A DNA stretch of 64,000 nucleotides from an uncultured Spirochaetota bacterium (GTDB lineage Bacteria > Spirochaetota > UBA4802 > UBA5550): contig CAWHAA010000001.1 of NCBI GenBank assembly GCA_963827275.1, positions 32,001 to 96,000 of the forward strand. Reading direction: 5' to 3'. How positions within the stretch are numbered: position 1 is the first letter of the stretch; each line of letters starts with the position of its first letter. The notes beneath the pieces were generated by a model. The model worked only from the letters and a program-made list of their open reading frames with translations, had not been told where the DNA came from and made no database searches. This document shows positions 57,640 through 64,000 of the stretch, in pieces. The position numbers and the translations under genes are program-made.

Positions 57640-58586
57640 CCGTTGCCGTTCTCCCTCTTCAGGTTTTCCTGGATATTCTGGTCAAGATCGCGCGCGGTGA
57701 ATATACCCAGTTTTTTCAGGCGCTGGTTGAGCGCGGCGGTTTCAACAATGATGGGGATATTCCGCCCCGGCCGCACCGGCACCATGATGCTGGGAACATG
57801 CATATCGAGCAGCGGATAGGTGGTTTCCTCGAGACCGAGCCGGTCATATTCCTTGTTCTGCACCCATTCCTCCAGTACCACGACCAGTTCAACGCGTTTC
57901 CTGTCCCTGACGGAACGGATGCCGAATATGTCCTTCACATTGATGATTCCAAGGCCCCTGATCTCCATGTGGTGCTTCAGGAGGGGCGACCCGCTGCCCA
58001 TCAGGATGGATTCATCGACCCGTTTCACCAGGACCACGTCGTCAGCGATGAAGCGGTGCCCCCGCTCGACCAGCTCAAGGGCGCATTCGCTCTTGCCCAC
58101 CCCGCTCTTCCCGATAAGGAGAACACCGATGCCGTAGACATCAATAAACGTTCCGTGCATGGTAAGCGTTGGCGCGAACGCCTCGTTCAGGAGATACACC
58201 AGAGAACTGGTAAATTTGGTGGTATCCTTAAGCGTGACAAAAACGGGGACGCCCTTTTGATCGGCGAACTCAACGAACTGGCGATCAGGCTCCTCGTTAT
58301 GGGTAAATACGCAGCAGAGAACGTCGTAGGAAAAAAATTTTTCGAGCACATGCCGCTTCTGCGTGTCCGAAAGCTGCCGCAGATAGGCGCTTTCACCCAG
58401 GCCGAATATCTGGATGCGGTCATAGGCGAAAAATTCATAAAACCCGGCAAGGGTCAGACCCGGCCGGTTGATATCTCCAACGCGGATCTCCTTGTCGAGC
58501 CCGGATCTCCCCGCCACCAGCCGAATCTGCAAATCGATCGGGCCGGTGTCCTCTAAAAAATTTTTTACAAGTATCGTGTTAGGCAT
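57636..58586 (-). CDS. hprK: HPr kinase/phosphorylase
   Basis: NRPGLTLAG, GKSGVGKSECALELVERGHRFIADD, MEIRGLGII, PVRPGRN. Confidence 0.96.
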   Translation of the reverse strand: MPNTILVKNFLEDTGPIDLQIRLVAGRSGLDKEIRVGDINRPGLTLAGFYEFFAYDRIQIFGLGESAYLRQLSDTQKRHVLEKFFSYDVLCCVFTHNEEPDRQFVEFADQKGVPVFVTLKDTTKFTSSLVYLLNEAFAPTLTMHGTFIDVYGIGVLLIGKSGVGKSECALELVERGHRFIADDVVLVKRVDESILMGSGSPLLKHHMEIRGLGIINVKDIFGIRSVRDRKRVELVVVLEEWVQNKEYDRLGLEETTYPLLDMHVPSIMVPVRPGRNIPIIVETAALNQRLKKLGIFTARDLDQNIQENLKRENGNG

Positions 58587-58697
58587 AATTATAACTATTC
58601 ACCCTGCAAGGCAACCATCATTCCTCGCCATCGCCAGATTTTTTGATCCGGGTTCATCGCGTGAGCCGGGGGAAAACAGGCCGGCAGTCCCGCTATC

Positions 58698-59504
58698 CTA
58701 AAATGCCGGGACCATTACTTCGTACTTGTTCCCAGTTTTATATATGATATTGATATACTCTGATTCGATATTAAAAAACGGCAGAAATTTGCTCATTGAT
58801 TTTTCCACCTCCGCGATTGCCTCATGAAGGGTGAGCTTCATGATGTCGGAGGAGCCGATTTTCTTGAATTCAATTTTCGGGTTTGACACTGAATCATCAA
58901 AAATATCGAGCGCATAAGCGACAAAGCGGTCGGGATTGATACCGTAGGTCTCCTTGTCGTAGGGAATTTCCACCATTCTCAATCCGTTCGGGACACGGTA
59001 AATTACCGCATAATTCTTATTGGTGAACGCCTGGTCCTCTTCGATCTTGCTCGCGCCTTTTTTGTACAGTATGAAATCCTTCTTGTCCATGCGCATCTGT
59101 AAAAACGCCTCGATATTATCGACCGGTTTATTGCTGACCTGCCGGAGGACTATCTCCTTCCCCTCATTGCTGGTAAAACCTATGGTCGCGCCCTCTCCCT
59201 TGTCAGGGCCTTTATGCATCTGGTGCTTCTCCTTGTACCTGCGGATCTGCTTTTCCATCTTCTCGAACAGCAGGTCTATGGCCGAGTAGAGGTCCGCGGC
59301 CTTTTCCTTGCCATGGAATTGCACGCCGTCCCCGTTCATCACGACTTCGGATATATGGTCCAGTTTCTCAACAGCAAGGATGATATGTGCGTCAATCATC
59401 TGGTTGAAATGCTTTTCCAGCTTTTTTATCTTTTTCTCCGCGTAATCCCGCACGCTGTCTGAAACATTGACATGTCTTCCCGTCACTGATATATTCATGT
59501 ACAT
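58698..59504 (-). CDS. hpf: Ribosome hibernation promoting factor (long HPF/RaiA) with extended C-terminus
   Basis: ISVTGRH, YAEKKIKKLEK, DLYSAID...KMEKQIRRYKEK; downstream of rpoN. Confidence 0.88.
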   Translation of the reverse strand: MYMNISVTGRHVNVSDSVRDYAEKKIKKLEKHFNQMIDAHIILAVEKLDHISEVVMNGDGVQFHGKEKAADLYSAIDLLFEKMEKQIRRYKEKHQMHKGPDKGEGATIGFTSNEGKEIVLRQVSNKPVDNIEAFLQMRMDKKDFILYKKGASKIEEDQAFTNKNYAVIYRVPNGLRMVEIPYDKETYGINPDRFVAYALDIFDDSVSNPKIEFKKIGSSDIMKLTLHEAIAEVEKSMSKFLPFFNIESEYINIIYKTGNKYEVMVPAF

Positions 59505-60943
59505 TCCTCTGATTTGATTTTGTTGATCCTCTTTCTTTTATTCGACGGGGGGATATTCAGCAACCCCCGGTATTTCGCCACTGTCCGCCGCGCGACCTCG
59601 ATTCCCGCCTTGCCCGCCCTCCTGACGATCTCCTCATCGCTATAGGGCCGCCCCGGGTCCTCGCGCTCGACGATGTCGCGGATAATGTTCATCACCGCGT
59701 CGGAGGAAGCGTCGCTGTCGCCGTGTGACGACTTGATCCTTGACACGAAAAAATACTTCAGGTCGTACACGCCCCAGGAAGTCTGGACGTATTTATTGCT
59801 GGTGACCCGGCTCACGGTCGATTCGTGCATGCCCACCTCCCTGGCGATCTCGCCATGGGTGAGGGGCTTGAGGTGGCCCGGGCCCCGCTCGAGAAAAACC
59901 CTCTGGTGCTCCATGATGGAGCCGACCACCCGGAGTATGGTATTCCGCCTGTTCGATATGTTCTTCACCAGGTAACGGGCCGACTGCATCTTATCCTGAA
60001 TATAATCTTTCAATTTTTTTTCAATGTTTTTTTTCTTGATGAGCGAAATATAATAGGAATTTATATGGATGCCCGGCATCCAGTCATCATTGAGGCTCAC
60101 GATGATCTCGCCGTCAACCAGCTTGACGTCGATATCCGGCATGATGTACCGGATGGTCCTGTTTGAATACTGGCGTCCCGGATAGGGATCAAGTCCCTGG
60201 AGCAGCCTGCTCTTCTCAAGGACTTCCGCCATCGGGATGCCGAGAGAATCCGAAATTTTCTTGTAATCCAGCTTCTCGAAACTCGCAAAGCAATCCGTAA
60301 CCATCCGGAGAAGCGCCCCGTCACCGGGATAAAAATGACGGCATTGCACCGCAAGGCTTTCCTTTATATTTTTCGCCGCGCATCCCACCGGGTCGAATAG
60401 CTGTATCGACGCGATCACGTCTTTTGCCGGGGCGGCCCCGGGGTCCTGGCCCAGCAATCTGTCGGCATCGGCGGGCAGAAAGCCATTTTCGTCAAGCGAT
60501 GTTATTATCGTTTCATAGGTGGAGAGTTCACGTTCATCGCGCGCGGTAAGACGCGCCTGCCAGAGGAGGTGCTCGGCAAGCGACTCTTCCCGGATGACGG
60601 CATGTTCCAGGTAATTCCGTTTCCTGTCATCGTCCCCTTCTCCCGGAAAGCCCGCATCACTCGAATTCTCGAAATTACTGCGCCGTTCATCCCGTGTATC
60701 GAGGAGCGATTCATCGCCGCTCAAATTCCGGACAACGCCCTCATCAGCGGAAGCCCCTCCATCATTCGGTACTATCGCCATCTCCCCATCCTCCTCGAGG
60801 ACGGGGTTTTCAACAAGTTCTTTCGTTATTCTTTCGTACAGTTCGACCGTGGATAATTGCAGGAGCTCGATAGCCTGTTTCAGAGACTGTGTCATCACCG
60901 TCTTCTGGGTTTGCTTCAATCCTGTATGGAGAGAAATCGCCAT
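59495..60943 (-). CDS. rpoN: RNA polymerase sigma-54 factor
   Basis: LKQAIELLQL, ENPVLE, HESTVSR, RpoN box ARRTVAKYR; start placed at ATG 60943. Confidence 0.96.
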   Translation of the reverse strand: MAISLHTGLKQTQKTVMTQSLKQAIELLQLSTVELYERITKELVENPVLEEDGEMAIVPNDGGASADEGVVRNLSGDESLLDTRDERRSNFENSSDAGFPGEGDDDRKRNYLEHAVIREESLAEHLLWQARLTARDERELSTYETIITSLDENGFLPADADRLLGQDPGAAPAKDVIASIQLFDPVGCAAKNIKESLAVQCRHFYPGDGALLRMVTDCFASFEKLDYKKISDSLGIPMAEVLEKSRLLQGLDPYPGRQYSNRTIRYIMPDIDVKLVDGEIIVSLNDDWMPGIHINSYYISLIKKKNIEKKLKDYIQDKMQSARYLVKNISNRRNTILRVVGSIMEHQRVFLERGPGHLKPLTHGEIAREVGMHESTVSRVTSNKYVQTSWGVYDLKYFFVSRIKSSHGDSDASSDAVMNIIRDIVEREDPGRPYSDEEIVRRAGKAGIEVARRTVAKYRGLLNIPPSNKRKRINKIKSEECT

Positions 60944-61050
60944 ATAATCGGTCACCGGGACGCGTATTTCTACGCAATTCACCTATGATAATAATACAAA
61001 TAATTCAGAATAAAAGCAATACAATCCGCCAAAAAAGGAAGCATGCGCCC

Positions 61051-61482
61051 CTATTTCACCACGCATACGCTGCAGTGCGCATGGTGGACCACCCTGTCGG
61101 ATATCGACCCCATGAGAAACCTTCCTATGGCAGAGCGCCCCTTGCCGCCCAGGACGATGATATCGTAATTCTCTTTTTCGGCAATTTCGCATATCTTATC
61201 AGCGGGATATCCCTCCACCACCTTCCTGTCCCAATCCACATTTTCTTCATCAAGCATCGGGTGCACTTCCTCGAACCTCTGCTCCGAGAGCCATTTCACG
61301 CGGTCCACTCCCTCCGGCGCCGCTCCGTAAAAGCCGGGGAGAGGGCCGAACTCCTCAACCACCTCCAGGACGGTGAGCTTCGCATGGGCTTCCTTGGCGA
61401 TGACAATCGCCATATGCAGCGCTTTCTTTGATAATTCCGAACCGTCAACTGGTGCGAGAACTTTTTTGATATAACGTCGCAT
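61051..61482 (-). CDS. Universal stress protein
   Basis: [34 protein letters not shown]; start placed at ATG 61482. Confidence 0.92.
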   Translation of the reverse strand: MRRYIKKVLAPVDGSELSKKALHMAIVIAKEAHAKLTVLEVVEEFGPLPGFYGAAPEGVDRVKWLSEQRFEEVHPMLDEENVDWDRKVVEGYPADKICEIAEKENYDIIVLGGKGRSAIGRFLMGSISDRVVHHAHCSVCVVK

Positions 61483-61668
61483 ATGCTTTCTCCATAGTTG
61501 GTATCGGCAGGGCCGCAGCATCACCCATAAAGTATCGAGACAGGAATGAACGGTCAAGGATTATTTTCAAATTTGCATGTCCGCCATCCCTGTGCCACGC
61601 GGCGGATGACTTTTTTTAAAGATTATACGATTAAAAAAGCATTTTGTCAAATGAATTCCGGAAGCGGA

Positions 61669-62715
61669 TCAAGTGCCGTCATCGTCCCTGAAGACATCAT
61701 CGAGAAAATCAATCAGGTCGCCGATTTCCTTATACGTCTTGAAGATTGACATTTTTTCTGAATGGCTGAAGATCCTTGTCCCCACAAACCGGCTCTTCGC
61801 ACCGTATCCGACAAGGAACTTATGGAGGCTCAACCCAAACGAATATGGAATTATATTATCCGAGGTTGAATGGATAATAAAGAACTCAGTATCCGGGACT
61901 TTTTTCCCTTTCGTAAAAATGCTGCCCTCATTAATTGAGATGAATTCCTTATTGTCAACCGTTGATGCGTCGATCCGCCGGAACAAGGCGTCGCCCAGAA
62001 CGGCCCGCATTGCTTCGCGGTCGGTGGTTCCCGGCTTTGATGCGGTGATGGCCCTGGCGACAAGCTCCCGTTCCCTGTGGTTATAATCGCTGCTGTTAAG
62101 CGCGTTGGCCATCTTGACAATATAATCGATCTCAACGCCCGCCTTATTATAATAATCGACGAGAAGTTTCCCCGTGAAAAAAGGGCCGTATAAAAACAGC
62201 TTGTCCGGATAGTATGCCAGCGGGATGGTATTGAACGCCACCAGGAGTCCGGTGCCGGCCACACATGCGCCGAAGGCATTATACTGTCCGGGATATTGTC
62301 TTCTCAATTCCATGTATATAGCCCCGGCGTCATCAGCGACCTCGACCAGCTTCCATCCTTTCTTGGTAATAGCGGGGATGAAGGGCACAAAGACCGTCCG
62401 CCCCGTTGATCTGCCGATGGCGATGGCCATTTTTTTCAACGTGGGATGCCGGTATGCCTCGGGCGAAAACCCATGCAGGAAAAAGTAATACTTACCCGGG
62501 ACCCTGTTGGCCGGGGTAAAAATCATCATGGGGGTGTTCCCGTTCTTCATCGCAAGGGTGATCTCTTTTGTTTCACAACCGGCAGGCGGTATGACATCTG
62601 ACATGGTCAATAAAAATCTCACGCTCGGTTTTTGACAGAGTGCATAGCCCACGACCCCAAGTGCGGCGCTGATGGTCCCGATACAGATCAGGGCAATAAT
62701 GATTATTTTCTTCAT
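61669..62715 (-). CDS. Hypothetical protein, alpha/beta-hydrolase-like, N-terminal membrane anchor
   Basis: MKKIIIIAL signal/TM, FLHG, GACVAG at the nucleophile elbow position, IIHSTSDNIIP; start placed at 62715. Confidence 0.55.
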   Translation of the reverse strand: MKKIIIIALICIGTISAALGVVGYALCQKPSVRFLLTMSDVIPPAGCETKEITLAMKNGNTPMMIFTPANRVPGKYYFFLHGFSPEAYRHPTLKKMAIAIGRSTGRTVFVPFIPAITKKGWKLVEVADDAGAIYMELRRQYPGQYNAFGACVAGTGLLVAFNTIPLAYYPDKLFLYGPFFTGKLLVDYYNKAGVEIDYIVKMANALNSSDYNHRERELVARAITASKPGTTDREAMRAVLGDALFRRIDASTVDNKEFISINEGSIFTKGKKVPDTEFFIIHSTSDNIIPYSFGLSLHKFLVGYGAKSRFVGTRIFSHSEKMSIFKTYKEIGDLIDFLDDVFRDDDGT

Positions 62716-62896
62716 GGCATTGTTCAATCTCGTGTTACAGGCAAAAATTTTTTTCCATGGAGTGAAACCCACAACATGAAAAATATCGTCCCGAGGGTGA
62801 AAGGTCAAGGATAATTTTCGATTATCACTCCATATGAGGGTATACGAACAGACAGGTAGAATCATGAAATTATTTCAGGACACATGGCATTATTAT

Positions 62897-63084
62897 GGGG
62901 TCAGAGTAACCCACTTACCGATAACTATCGGCCCCACAGTGGGTCAGAGTAACCCGCTTACCGATAACTATCGGCCCCACAGTGGGTCAGAGCAACCCGC
63001 TTACCGATAACTATCGGCCCCACAGGGGGTCAGAGCAACCCGCTTACCGATAACTATCGGCCCTCACAGGGGGGTCAGAGCAAC
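62897..63084 (-). repeat. 43-bp tandem repeat array B (4 units plus a terminal motif), same family as array A, opposite orientation
   Basis: GGGTCAGAG at 62898, 62941, 62984, 63027 and 63072; unit GGGTCAGAGYAA-CCCGCT-TACCGATAACTATCGG-CCCCACAGT. Confidence 0.95.
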
Positions 63085-63091
63085 TACAATA

Positions 63092-63124
63092 TAAAACAAT
63101 GGCGGCACCGGAGTGCCGCCATTG
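63092..63124 (-). terminator. Intrinsic terminator of the last gene
   Basis: CAATGGCGGCAC-CGGA-GTGCCGCCATTG followed by a T-tract on the minus strand. Confidence 0.8.
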
Positions 63125-63157
63125 CATATTCATCAACCAATTAATCCGAACTATCCG

Positions 63158-64000
63158 TTACAGATAATCCTCAATCTCAAGCGACAGTTCCGAGCAGATA
63201 TCAACCAGCTCTTTCAGCGTCGCCTTGTTGGGATACGTAGCATTGTAATACGCCGAATCCCACATGGAGCCGCTGTTGAGAAGATCGTACATCTCGGGTA
63301 TGACCTCCCCGGCCGTATCGCCATGGATGAGCAGGTCAACCAGGTAATCATTGATCTCGTAATCAGCCGGATTGTCCCAGATGCCGTCGCCATTAGTGTC
63401 TATTCCGTCATTATCGACGTCCATGAGCGACTTGAGGGCAATGAGCAGATTTTCATAGTGGCCGGTGGCCGACGTCATGACCTCGGGCAGGTATGTGCGG
63501 AGAATGTCCCGCAGTTCCGTATTGGTCACCCAGCCGCCATCATACCGCGCCATCAGCACCCCCAGGGTGTGCCGCAGCGCCTGCCGGTCCGCAGTGGTCA
63601 TCGTGGTGGCGGTGAGCATGTTATTTATGACATGCACCAGGTTCCCGTGCGTCGACTCGCTGCCCATTATATAGTACGGGCCCGCGCTGTTGCCCATCAT
63701 CTCGCCTGCCGCATTCAGGAGCCGGTCATAGTTGTTCCACGCGGCCCCGATCGGGTGGTCGTCTATGAATTCCGATATCCCCGTGGTGTCGGTGTGGCCG
63801 ATCAGCTGATCGAGCGCCACTTCCAGGTCTGCGCTGATCGGCGCCGGCGTTCCGGTGACACGGCTCGCCACATCAGTGTACATCCACCCGTAGCGGTTGC
63901 TGTTGAGCTTCCGGTCATACCTGCCGGAGTCGATCCAGGAATAGCCGTTCACGTAGTTATTGCCCCTGTCTATCTGCAGCGAGGTCACGACCTGCTCAAG
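63158..64000 (-). CDS. Hypothetical protein, C-terminal part (frame open to window end)
   Basis: No stop up to base 64000; contains DVDNDG and DTNGDG motifs. Confidence 0.7.
   Translation of the reverse strand, partial: LEQVVTSLQIDRGNNYVNGYSWIDSGRYDRKLNSNRYGWMYTDVASRVTGTPAPISADLEVALDQLIGHTDTTGISEFIDDHPIGAAWNNYDRLLNAAGEMMGNSAGPYYIMGSESTHGNLVHVINNMLTATTMTTADRQALRHTLGVLMARYDGGWVTNTELRDILRTYLPEVMTSATGHYENLLIALKSLMDVDNDGIDTNGDGIWDNPADYEINDYLVDLLIHGDTAGEVIPEMYDLLNSGSMWDSAYYNATYPNKATLKELVDICSELSLEIEDYL

Noticed and set aside
58451..58461. GGGTCAGACCC inside hprK as a repeat copy
   Set aside because: Only 8 bp match the motif, it encodes conserved PGLTL, and this is expected by chance.
62897..63084. 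CRISPR or TIGR-type guide array
   Set aside because: The two-block layout is suggestive, but linkers do not vary within the array and no Cas or Nop-domain gene is recognisable nearby.

Overview
Mostly core chromosome of a GC-rich bacterium whose gene order and gene content suggest an anaerobic, Leptospira-related spirochaete (inference). It carries aroB-rnc-acpP-rpmF, rpsA-cmk-tyrA-pheA-scpBA, cheW-cheA-cheB-cheY, zapA, thrS-infC-rpmI-rplT, tRNA-Val(GAC), ribH-nusB-dgt, priA, yqeY and rpoN-hpf-hprK-ptsH-ntrY-ntrX. The most interesting signal is a stand-alone REP-associated-type HUH/Y1 tyrosine transposase (51224-51823) and one short motif, TTRCTCTGACCC(C) / (G)GGGTCAGAGYAA, that recurs across the window. 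The motif flanks the gene. It forms two distant 43-bp tandem arrays (11447-11588 and 62897-63084) that share two constant blocks but have array-specific linkers. It has also expanded as an in-frame 21-bp repeat inside priA, and single copies lie in nearby coding DNA, within an AT-rich zone around the nuclease gene. Other points: a multi-hairpin element with CAGGA loops (2158-2367), a small 17-residue-repeat protein, a CheA-CheC fusion, a probable ATA start codon, and single-base frameshifts in infC and ntrY that are probably assembly errors. All calls come from motif reading by eye; no searches were run.
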